Under the pieces are notes generated by a model. That model saw only the letters and a list, made by a program, of their open reading frames with translations. It had not been told where the DNA came from and did no database searches. A DNA stretch of 64,000 bases. It comes from Gammaproteobacteria bacterium. GTDB taxonomy: Bacteria > Pseudomonadota > Gammaproteobacteria > Eutrophobiales > Eutrophobiaceae. The stretch is taken from positions 704,001-768,000 of the forward strand of contig CAXMWX010000005.1 in assembly GCA_963422205.2 (NCBI GenBank), written 5' to 3'. The position numbers and the translations under genes are program-made. Positions 8,609 through 19,770 of this stretch are shown here, piece by piece. How positions within the stretch are numbered: position 1 is the first letter of the stretch; each line of letters opens with the position of its first letter.

Positions 8609-11600
8609 CTCTAAAGTGTTGCAAACGTTACGTAATACATTGAAACGTTAAAAGGAAGTTCAACTGAAGACTGTGGTGTTTTAATTTTGATAATCGATGT
8701 TCAAAGTTTTCTATTTCGTTATATTGTTAATTGAATTTCATTTTATGTCTGACTCTTTCAAGTACAAGACAGATCGTTAGCCGGTGGGGGCATGACACTA
8801 CAGTAAGCATCTCTGTCTGCGTCACCAATTGCTTTAAATACCTAGTTATCTTGTTTGATGGCGAAAAAGACCTTTACAATACGCCAAAGGTTTGTTTCGA
8901 TCTACATTGCCTGTTTGTGCCGTTCCAAACTTCATGTCCCATTAATAAAACTGCATTGTCCCGTTGCATGAACCACTTCCACCAGTGGGACAATTTTAAA
9001 CCTCTCAGAAAAATGATCACCTGTTTTAACTCAGCGTAGATAGAGAAATCCAACCAAGTGCTATTTGAAGAGTACATCAATGACCATGGTTGCATCTAAA
9101 AAAAACGCTGACTTGCCGTAATCTTCACTCACAAATGACCAAAATGTAAAAATTGTCCCAATGATGGAGGTTCTCTTCTACAGTATTTGAAATGAAATAT
9201 GATGTAGCTTCACGGAGCAACGGCGATTTAGCTTTTTGGAACAAATTGGCGTAGGAAACTTTTTCAAAAATAAAAAAGTTTTTCATTACCATAGTAGGCC
9301 TACTAGGTATTATTAAAAAAAAGTTTTCAGTAAAGACTATTTATTGCCGAGATTTATGAAGTCCAACGAAGATTGAGTTCATCGAGGGTGATGGTGGTGT
9401 GGTCTTTTCGAATGTAAGTTGTTTTGATGAAAATTATAGCCGTTGCTTTCGGGCTTGTTTTTTGTGGCTGAATACTGAGGTAAACCTTCGTTCAGAAATG
9501 TGACTTGAACTGGTAGAGCTGACTGTCTGCAACGAAACAACATCCATTTGAAGCTGCGGTAATTTCAATATGTCTGTGAGCAAAAGCCGTGAACAAGCCT
9601 ATTGCACGCAAATAACTTGAGATGCTGTAGGCCTTGCCTCAATTTATTGTTTCTAAGGGAAAAGAAGGCCGTACAATGATACTGTGCGTTAGTTTCTGCC
9701 CAAAGTAAATGCAAGAAGTGACTCGCCATCGCCGCAGCGTTCTTATACAATGGTGTTGTTTCGCGGAGGTGGACAATTGGGCACCGCTTATTGCTCGTCT
9801 CAGGGTAAAACAAAACCATAAAGAAAATGAAAGAATGAATATTTTAATCAGAAAAAACTTCAAATTTTTGCATAAAAAAACATTTATAGCCCTATCGTTC
9901 AGATCAACTTTTAATATAAAATTTTAAAAAACCTCCACAGCCTGTTTCTCGCTAAGCGCGGTCCTCAGGAGGTATCTTATTCAAATAGAATTGAGCTCTC
10001 TGCTGTTCGTACCACAGATCGCCGATACAGTTTATAACACTAGATATTCACCATTCAGTTCAAGCTTTACGGTATATCAATAGCTTACATAATCGACTTA
10101 GAATACTCACTCACCGGCAAGCGCATCCCATTCTGGTATTTTCAATTTTAGTACAGGTAATACCAGCTCTTCTGTCATTTCTGACTATTGCTCGCCCAAG
10201 CGTGTTCCCTTGTAATTCTGGAGGAGCAGCTGCATTTGCAAGAAAAAATTTTGTACCACGAGTGCCATTTTTGAAATTATTTTTGCAAGTAGCCTAAACC
10301 TAATTGCTTCATGTCGTTGACGTATTGCAAACTTCACCAGTTCCTCAATAGCATTATTTTCATAACACGGCTGCCACGTTATTAATAAAGTGACAAGTGA
10401 TATATTTTGAGTTTACAATCCTATGATGAAACCGTCTTAGTTCTGCACTTATGATCATTTGGTGTGTGAATTTATTGCAACACGTGACGAGAGATATTTA
10501 GAATATGCAGAACTTTCGTTGTTTATCGCAGGTTTTGATTAGAATTGTTTGATATGCTGAAACCATTCTCGAACTTTCTAGAACAGTGGTTCTTAAACCG
10601 GGTTTGATCGAACCCCCGGGGTTCGATGAGTCGGTTCCAGGGGGTCGGCGGACATAAAAAAACTGAAGGCTCCTACCATTACGTAGAAAAACGCAGCGTG
10701 ATCTGATTTTTTTATTTTGCAAAAAACTAATGTGTAGTCTTTGGTGATTATTGATTTGTAACATCAATTAACACAAGTAAGTTTTTCATAACTTGGCAAA
10801 TTCTGCGTTTTACACAACCTTGGGTGTGCACTGCGCAACTACAAAATAAGTACTATTATTACGTAACTTGATTGAAGAAACAATGAATGTGAATTTATCC
10901 AAGGAGCGGCAAGCAGTCCTAGCACTCTGTGTTGGGTATTGTGTTAGTAATGTCGGAGCACATTCTCTACTTTTTATGTTTGGAGGTTATGCAGTAGTTT
11001 GTCGTTCGCGTCAGTTGAAGTTCAGAACAAGAGCGCGCACTTTATCGAGATAAATTAATCATAAATAAGGCTAATAGCCTAGTACTGTTTATATTTTACT
11101 TGAACTGTAACCCTTTTGTTAAGAGACTGCAGTTGGTAGATTTTAATTAGAAAACTTTAGGTAAGCAACCGCAACAGGGGCGGATTAAGAGATTGCGGGG
11201 CCCGGGGCAGATAAGAGTGCGAGGCCCCTAATTATGAACGGCGAAACCAACTAATGTCCTTTTGGATATTAAAGTTTATTGACATCACAATCAACCAGCA
11301 ATTTTATTAAGTTTATCAAACTCAGGTTTGGGTCGTGCTAAAAATATATTAATGTTGACAACAAATTTTCATTTTGACTATGAATGTAGATCAAAGAGGT
11401 TGAGTCCAATTTGCTGCATTGACATATTAAAAAAAGTTAAATGTTTTAATTTTGTTAAAAATTCACTTTCAAAAAAGGCCAAGCATGGAACAAAATTTTC
11501 GCACTGTTTCAAAGGCGAAGATATACAACACCAAAAAACAAAATAATAAACAACATAGAGAGTGCTATACGCTAAGGCTAGTTGCTGTGCTGGCTTCTTC

Positions 11601-11931
11601 GGTTTGATTATCATAGCTCAAAGATTGAATGGATGTAGAATCAGCTAACTGCTCGTTTGCATTGGAAAAGAGGCGACTTATTGCCTTCAACTTGCCTTCA
11701 ACTTCTCTTAATTTTACCTCTCTTTCCTCTGTTTTTACGTGTTTGACTTCCACTCTCATACTTTTGACCCAAGTCACGAATTCTTCCAGTCGTGAGCACT
11801 TTTATAAGAAACACTCTGCAGTGGTCACGGAAGCTCAACTATCTTAATTTTCAAATAGGCCTATTGCTATAATTATGAGTACCGATAAGTTTCTGTAATT
11901 CCAAAATTTGCCTAACTTTGGGCTAAGTTTA

Positions 11932-12240
11932 ACAGCTCAGATGGCCAAGTGGTTAGAGCGTTTGCCTCGGGAGCTGTAGCTTTGGGTTCGATTCCAATTC
12001 GGGTCAAACCAATGACTTTAAACTTTAAAATTGGTATTCACAGCTTCTCTGCTTGACGCTCAGCATGAAAGGGACAGTGTGGAAAACAGGTTGGCAAGTT
12101 TACTTGTTGTGCCGTTGGGAAGGGCACTTAGCGGGATTCCCCCATCTTAGTGTGGTAGGCAGAGGCTGGCAACTCCTAAGCGAGCTCGTTATTGCGCATT
12201 GATCGCTTTCGCGTGATAGGAGGATGAATATGCAACTAAA
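11932..12240 (+). mobile_element. tRNA-derived SINE, family A, near full length
   Basis: A box TGGCCAAGTGG, B box GGTTCGATTCC, body AAATTGGTATTCACAGCTTC..TGCTTGACG and tail ATATGCAACTAAA. Related copies near 18300, 19630, 28110, 38890, 59685 and 61657. Confidence 0.85.
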
Positions 12241-12707
12241 TTCGAAGTACAAAAGTGCGAAGATCCGACACCCCGAAGCCTTTAAAGTTATTACGTTGTG
12301 ATAAAAGTATTTTACTTACGGCTTTAAGGCATTAACGTCGTGACTTCAAAAAAACTTACGACTTCAATGCATTTTCGTTGTACTAATACGTAAAAGTGCA
12401 ACTATGAACCGGCCTTAATTTTCTGGTATCATGCATTATCGCCTGCTATAGCTCATTAAGTTTCCAGCGAATTGAGATACAGCTTGTAATGAAATAGGCA
12501 AATAGCTTATAAATTTATTGAATATTTTTGAACAACTTGTAAATTTAAGCAAATTTAAATTTGTCTGCAATCTGCACGCTTCTAAATATAGGCCAGAAGG
12601 CCAAAGCGTTTTTAAAAATTTGACGGTCGATTGCAGCCTTTAATGTAAATGCAATTATACCAGTCACTTTGTACTGTGACATTACAGTTACCTTGCAATA
12701 TTGCGAG

Positions 12708-13313
12708 CAAGGGTGGAAACTCAAATCTAAACCTCAAAACCGGGTTTTAAAGAAACCAAAACTGAAACTGACTCCTACTTGGCCAAATTTTTGAAAACCT
12801 AAACTTGAACTTAAACCGTTTTTTCTCGAAACGTCAAAACCGAAACTGAAACTAAAATTTGTTCAAAAATTTCTAAGGTTTTGGGTTTTAAAAGTTGTCA
12901 CCACCATCATTACCAGTAGAGTTCCTTTAATGCTAAGCGTCAAATAGAGAAGCTGTGCATACCAATTTTTGAGTCTTTGGTTTCACCGGACTCGGAGGTA
13001 CACCCAAGTCAACAATTTCTGAAGCACTTGCTCTCCTCACTCGGCCATCTGAGCTGCCACTTATCATCGCAATAAAACAAAAACGCCAAGAAGTAGCGCA
13101 TTTAAATAACCCGTATTCAAAATAAAATAGATTTATTGGATGAAACTTAGACCGAAACTGAAACCCAGAAACCGAAGCTGTGCGTATGCAAAACTGAAAC
13201 CTAATTTTTAGCAGTCGTGAAACCAAACCAAAACTGAAACTGGACATATGGGCTTTAACACATCGACACTGAAACTGACACCCTAACGCCAAGTAGCTAG
13301 GTTTCCACCCTTG
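12708..13313. mobile_element. hAT-type MITE nested in 11175-13553
   Basis: CAAGGGTGGAAAC / GTTTCCACCCTTG ends; TSD ATTGCGAG / ATTGCAAG; repeated AAACTGAAAC motifs. Confidence 0.8.
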
Positions 13314-13768
13314 ATTGCAAGCCTGTTCTAATTTTTTTTTTTTTTTTATTCCAATTATTGCCGTATCGGTAGGTAAATATTTTGATTTTTTAGTTCAAAG
13401 TTTGCTAGTAATGCAGATTATAAGGTTGTAAAATCTTATACCTTAGTTTAATGCAATTGCTAATAGAGCTAGAAATTAGTAAATGCGCGGGCTACCCCAA
13501 AGTGCGGGACCCGGGGCAACTGCCTAGTTTGCCCATTGCTTAATCCGGCCCTGAACCGCTATTACAGGCGCTAATGTACAATTTTCTTCGTTTGATTTAG
13601 ATTTAATTTATTTTAGATATTAATCATTTCTACAGCATTTTCATTCTTTCGTACTAGGCTACTATCTACTGTATGTCGAGCAAAAGAAGAAAGTGGTCAG
13701 AAGAATATGTACAATTTGGATTAACGTATTTCACGGACCATGATTGGAGTCAGCGTTATCAGTGCATG

Positions 13769-15474
13769 CAGTGGCGCCGCCGGGAAAAAACATTGGGGGG
13801 CGAAATGACGTCATAATTTGTGATTTTTGCAGAGCTACACGAAAACATGAATAAGACGATAAGACGCATTAGCTTTCCGTAGGTGCAGTTTAATCGGCAT
13901 TCTTAAAGTAGGCTATTGCACTTCTTACTGTAATTTTTTTTATTCCGAAATTTTTCATCAAACCAACGTACTAACTTTTGCAACCTTTGTGACAAAAGTG
14001 ACCAAAATTGCAAAAACTGCTAGATTTCCTGATACCTGAAGTATGCAAAGCTCTATTATGATGTCACAGTTAGGCTAAATTTTCTCGAATTTTAACAGAA
14101 ATTTAGGGCAAATAACAGCGAAACATCAAAATAGAATTACAGTAGCTAGCTTACCCTAAGATCAGTACAAATTTTAAAAAAGGAGGGGCATAATTTCCAC
14201 ATTTTTTCAGGCGTATTTTTTTCGGCGTAACAATTTAAAGTTGATTGAGAAACAAAAAAAGCTTTAAGGTTGTCCGGGGAATGTTCCCCTGGAAGAATTC
14301 GGAAAATTTGCATGCTGCGAATGGCTGTTTTAGCGCTTTTCGAATAATTTTCGGGCAAATTTTATTTGAATTTTTGACCCTAATCTGAGTGCTTCGCAAA
14401 TTACTATTCTAAGCGAGCTCGTACTTTCTTAAGCAAGCTCGTACAGCGCATTGATCGCTTTCTCGTGATAGGAAGATAAATAATATGCAACTAAATACAA
14501 TTACATTCGATACAACAGCTGGAAAAAATACACGGTGTCCATAAAGTCTTGTTGCAATTTAAAAGAAATTTCTCTTTGTTTTGAATGCCAGAGCAGAGTT
14601 CGTGGACTGTTCTCTTTTTTTTTTTTTGAAAAATATAGCAAAACATTTTTGCAATTTGACTCACAAAAAACATCGTCAAGCACAATGAAAACTCACCGCA
14701 ACATTTATTGAAAAAAATTATTGGCGATGATTTATCGATCACCGATATCGCTCAAAAAAATTGACATTTATCGATTATCGGCATCGCTTAAGGTTTTTTG
14801 AAATTATCAATTATCGTTATCGCTTTACTACAGAAAGGTTTATCATGCCCATCACTGATAGTGGTTGTGGGTCTGCAATCTGCATGCTTCAACGGTTAAA
14901 TATTTTGTTGCGCCTTCCTTTTTCTGTAAGCCTACCAGCTTTTCATCCTTTGCTTACGTCTGAGTATGTTCTGCGCAGAAATAAACAACAACAAAAATAT
15001 TGCTGAAGCGCAGTAAATTACATTCTGCTTTGGATTGCCAATCAATCTATGTATAATGAATACTTGCTAAAACTTAAAAGATTTCTGATTCTGAAAAGCC
15101 TTCACTTGCCCGCTGCTGCTTTAAATATCTCAAAACGTTACACTAGCTTCGTGAAATTACAGTACGTCAAGCCAGGTATGACTTCACAAAGTATTGAAAT
15201 ATCTAAGGTGGCTTTTATGATACAACAGCTGGTCATTGATATGAATTGCAACCATTGTCTTTTACAGTAAGCAGCGATTGCTTCTGTTACATGCGTTTGC
15301 AAATTGCGAAATTAGGAATGTCGACGAATATTAGAACACGAGATGGAGCAAAACAGCTCCCCATATCCCTTGAAAAAGAAACTGTGCGGTTCTAGACGAT
15401 TTGGAAAAATGGTCAAAAAACCATTGAAGGGGTGGTCGCCCCCTCTCGTCCCCCCCTCCGTGGCGGCGCCCCTG
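13769..15474. mobile_element. Non-autonomous hAT element inserted into the Buster transposase relic
   Basis: Ends CAGTGGCGCCGCC / GGCGGCGCCCCTG; perfect TSD AGTGCATG (13761-13768, 15475-15482). Interior about 13960-14495 is homologous to about 35160-35710. Confidence 0.88.
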
Positions 15475-16959
15475 AGTGCATGGTTTGCCAAGCCAGATTA
15501 AACAGCTCTAGCTTAGCACCGGCAAAACTCAAAGAACACATGCTAAAGATGCATGGGAATGGAAAATACAAGAACACAGCGCTAGCTGAATTTATAACAA
15601 AGATAGCCAAATTTCATGAAAAACCTACAGTACTCTGCCTGCTTGCGGTTTTGTACCCATTGACAAGCCGATTCTCACAGCATCGTACGAAGTGGCGTAC
15701 CTGATTGCGAAGCAGGGTAAACCACACACTATTGTGTGTGAGATCCACATTTCACTTTGTGCTCTACTCGTTACAAAACATTTTTTTAATTTTAATTTTA
15801 GCAGGGCTTCGGTGAGCACCTGCATGAAGCTTGAGGGGTTGGGTAGCTTAAAAAGTTTAAGAACCACTGTTCTAAAAACTTTGTACCTTGAGCATTTTTT
15901 CATCTTGTCTATGCGTTATAATAGACGTTTTGCAATCTATGGTGTTATTTATTATTACAGAAACGTCTACTATTGTGTCGTAATTACGTAACAATGTGGT
16001 ACTATCTGGAATTTTTTGGAATCGTAAATTTTCTATAAATAGGAGCGGAAATTCGTGATTGTATTCAGAAGAGTTTTAGACGTGTTTGGAATAAGTCTGT
16101 GTTGCTGCTTTTCGTATAGTAATTTTGAGTGAGTGTTAGCGGAGATTCCAGATTGATTTGCATTGCTCTGGGAGGAATACTTTTTGAGTCACTTAATATA
16201 TAATTTCGTTATACGTTAAGGGTGGTTTGTTTCTTTTTTTGAAAGTGGTAGATGCAAGGTTTCCAAAGAACATTGGATATAATACTGATACTCTCACGTC
16301 GTTCTCTGGGATAGATAACGTTTCCGTTCTCAGAGTTAAAGGTTGAATCTTTAGCCAAGTTTCAATATTGCGACAATGGCCTTATAATTCAATCGTGCTG
16401 AAGCACTGTCGGAAAAATTGCGAAAATTGCGAAATGAGCTTAAGCTCTTCATTGCAACAACCACCAAAAATATGCAGCCCAAATAGATGAACCACCAACA
16501 ATATGATAGCCTAAATATGTGCCAATGCGATGGGCTGCTGCCATGAATCGAACACATACCGCACGACTTTTAACGCGCGGCATTGCTGGCTCGTTTCAGT
16601 GTAGCATCCACCTGACACAATATTTAGAACGTAGAAAAGCTACAGTAATAGCGATAGACTGCTCGGCAGTAGAACGCTGGTTCTGTAATTAACGGACGTG
16701 GAAATCAACCGTTAATGTCCTGCAAAATATGCATTCAAGTACAGAATTAAACATACTTTAATGAGCAGTGAGAAGTGTACAAGTCTCTGTACTAACTGGT
16801 ATGGACTATAAAATTTTAGAAACACATCAGCGAAATACGTGATTTTTGATTCATAAATCTCACAATAGCAGCATTTTGAGATGATTTGTTACGATTTGTT
16901 AACACTTCTTCATATTGGGTCTACTATGTTTTTCATTTTGTCAATACATGCTTGCCCTC

Positions 16960-17325
16960 AAATCAAAAATCAAATCTTCATTATACTCTCGTTGATACGC
17001 CGAAGCGTGTTACGAGTGGCGGGGCCCATCTTCGCGACTAAGCGCCTGGGCTACACAGCTCCGAAGAAACGTTGCAGCGGTGGCGAGCTGTTGGCGACAC
17101 TGTGCCAATTTGATGGACCCGGTAATCAAACCCCAGGCCTCTCGCACCGCTAGCGTGTGCGCTTGGCAATTGAGCTAATCGACACAGTGTCCTCAACAGC
17201 TCCCCACCGCGTTGCGACGTTTCTTCGGAGCTGTGTTGTCCAGGCGCTAAGCCGCGGAAATGGGCCCCGCCACTCGATACACTCTTTGGCGCAATACCGC
17301 GAGTATACTGAAGATTTGATTTTGA
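16960..17325. mobile_element. Two family B SINE copies head-to-head, forming an inverted repeat
   Basis: About 16960-17175 on minus and 17180-17325 on plus. The tails AAATCAAATCTTCATTATACTC and GAGTATACTGAAGATTTGATTTT point outward. Confidence 0.8.
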
Positions 17326-17327
17326 TG

Positions 17328-17500
17328 CTTACCCTGTCCACATGCCCAATTTTAGCGGGCAAAAAGCATAGGCTTCTGCATCATAATCAAGGTTTTTAAG
17401 TCATACATGAAAAAAGGGATTATGACATCAAAAATTTAATTATGACGCAGAAAGCCCCTGGGCTTTTGCTCCGCCAACATTTGACATGTGGACAGGGTAA
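17328..17500. mobile_element. Short palindromic MITE
   Basis: TTACCCTGTCCACATG ... CATGTGGACAGGGTAA with a partly self-complementary interior. Related sequence near 41075-41240. Confidence 0.65.
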
Positions 17501-18294
17501 ATAACAACCCACTTTTATGCCTATGAAGGCCTACCTGTTTCTTTATCTTTTTTGCAGCACATTTTTCCCTGATTGCAACATCCGATAACACAAAACAGCA
17601 TAATGAGTCCTCCGATTGAAAGAACAATTGGAATAACAGTTGCATCTAAAATAGTAAAAAGTGAAAATAATGTTTTTTTAATACCTGAAAACGTTGTTTG
17701 AGCAAGCTTTTTTTGCAAATTAGACAACTGCTGCTTTACAAAACTGCTTTTTTAGAATCGCGTAAGTATCCGAAAAATTAATTTTGGCACATCGTGGGCT
17801 TGGCGCATGATCTTTTTTACTGTGTGCATATAATTATCTCGATTGAGCTTAATTTTTTCTTATCATTTCCGTAATTTTCCATATTTTTGGTGGTTTCAAA
17901 TCCTAGTCTTGATCTTTCGAGTTTGCAACCTTAACCTTTGTGCTTCCTCGCTCGTAATGTTAAATTCTTTGTGTCAGCAGCCTCATGTTGCTTAAGTTGT
18001 TATTTTTATTTTGCTGTGAGTTACGTAAACATCATTTCAGTTTATAAGTTTGAAACAGGCAGCTATTTGAACTTCAAATTTAGCGTTTCGCCATGCCAGA
18101 AAAAAGAATACGCAGCGCAATTTTGCCTCCCCTCCAAAAAAATGCGTGACTGCTAGCACGAATTGGACGATTATTATTGCAATTATTATTAAGAAATTTT
18201 ACGGCGCTTTATAACTGAGGATGTTTTTTATAAAGAAAATTAATTTTTAACGCAACAAGAGGGATAGCAATCACAATTAGGTATAATTCTGGAG

Positions 18295-18555
18295 GAACTG
18301 AGCGTTCGCCTTTCGAGCTGTAGACGTGGGTTTGATGTCGGATCAAACCAGTGACTTTAAAATTGGTATTTACAGCTTCCCTGCTTGACGTTCAGCATTA
18401 AAGGGGCAATGTGGAGAACAAACCGACAACTTTACTTGTAGTGCCGTAAGGAAAGGCGCTTAGCGGAATTACACCATCTTGGTGTGGCAAGCATGCGGGT
18501 GGCCGGCAACTCCTATATGCGAGCTCGTTATACTGCTTTGATTGCTTTCTGGTCA
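18295..18555 (+). mobile_element. SINE family A copy
   Basis: GAGCTGTAGAC...CAAACCAGTGACTTTAAAATTGGTATTTACAGCTTCCCTGCTTGACG...GCGAGCTCGTTAT matches 11932-12240. Confidence 0.8.
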
Positions 18556-19626
18556 TGGGAAAACGAACACGCAACCAAATAGGCCTACAAATTCTTTATT
18601 TGTCTTTGTTGAATTTGTAGTGATAATACAGACAACTGCAGCCATTGCAATTGAGAAGATTACAACTGTTTCGAAAAATCTCATCAGTGCAGCACGACAG
18701 GAATCAAAAAGAGGGACGACCGATTAAAACTGTCTGCTTAATGCCACAAACTACGCTATGTTAACAAGGCAGCATTGAAGGCATGAAGTGATTTACATCA
18801 CCACACAAGATGACATCGTGGTCACAATAAGATATCTTGAATCTCTGAGAACCATAGAAACAACTTATTCTGGCTTGTGTTGAAGATATATGGTCTTCAA
18901 CTTCAAAATTTCGGAAAATCAGTTCGATCTAATGGCCGATGGTCAAACTTAGCGAAAATAAATTTCTCCACAGTGAAATAACAGCTTTACGCCATGAAAA
19001 CCCTTCTGACCCAACCTATAGCTATTCTCCCTACCAGTTTCTGCACTGTAGCTAACCCGTTTTGTTAAATTTATGTGTGTGGCGATTACGTGTTCGTTGT
19101 TCGTTACTGGACGTCGTGCAATCTATTTCCTATACGAAATCTGACTGATTCTCAACATGTTTCATAGATAGTGTAATTTTTTATCTTTTCCCCAATTCTT
19201 TCACACGTTTTCCATTATTTTTTTTATCATCTCCTCCTCCGTCCTGGAACGGGCAGGTTTTCGAAAATGGAAGGTGTGATTTCCAGCAATAATATTCAAC
19301 GTGGCCATGCTTGTATTTGCTTTTTTTGCACTCATTTAAATTCGCGTGCTTGCTAAAAATCTCTCTCTCTCTTCTGGCTCTTACATCGGTGTGCCACCTT
19401 GAGATCGAGACTGCAGTACCGTGCTGCAACAAAAAACATCCTGAACTCCAACATGTTCAAAGTTGTTTAAATGAGAATAAAAATGCGAATACTGTGTGCA
19501 ATGTCGCAAACAAAAAAATAAAGATAAATTGTGGTAACTATGTGTTTGTGTAAACTTCTTTTGATCGCAGCCGAACCCCTGCTACAGCCTCACCGAACCC
19601 CTATAGGGTTTGATCGAACATACTTT

Positions 19627-19770
19627 ACAAACCACTGCTTTAATGCTTAATCTCAAGCAGGGAAGCTGTTGATACCAATTTTAAATCATTGGTTTGACTC
19701 GAGTTGGAATCAAATTAGAGTTTACTGCTTTCGACTTAGACTGTCTATCCATTCGGCCATGCGAGCTGCA
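19627..19770 (-). mobile_element. SINE family A, 5' half
   Basis: Reverse complement gives CAGCTCGCATGGCCGAATGGATAGA...GAGTCAAACCAATGATTTAAAATTGGTATCAACAGCTTCCCTGCTTGA. Confidence 0.7.

Larger units (their letters stand above)
5803..9178 (+). mobile_element. Degenerate pogo-like (Tc1/mariner superfamily) DNA transposon, outer element
   Basis: TIRs GGGGAGAACCTCCGACATTGGGACAATTTTT / AAAAATTGTCCCAATGATGGAGGTTCTCTTC, flanked by TA. A relic N-terminal HTH-like reading (MRAAIEKALL...IAREY|NVARQTLKNWID) is split by the inner element. Confidence 0.7.
11175..13553. mobile_element. 2.4-kb composite non-autonomous hAT element
   Basis: Ends CAGGGGCGGATTA / TAATCCGGCCCTG; TSD AACCGCAA / AACCGCTA. Contains a SINE and a MITE. 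A second copy of its left part starts near 60446. Confidence 0.85.
10584..15869 (+). mobile_element. Buster/Charlie-type hAT transposon relic, interrupted by two younger elements
   Basis: TIRs CAGTGGTTCTTAAAC / GTTTAAGAACCACTG; TSD TTCTAGAA / TTCTAAAA. Transposase relic near 13673 reads MSSKR..KWSEEYVQFG (frameshifted) and resumes at 15475 as CMVCQARLNSSSLAPAKLKEH (BED finger) and SYEVAYLIAKQGKPHTI. Confidence 0.85.
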
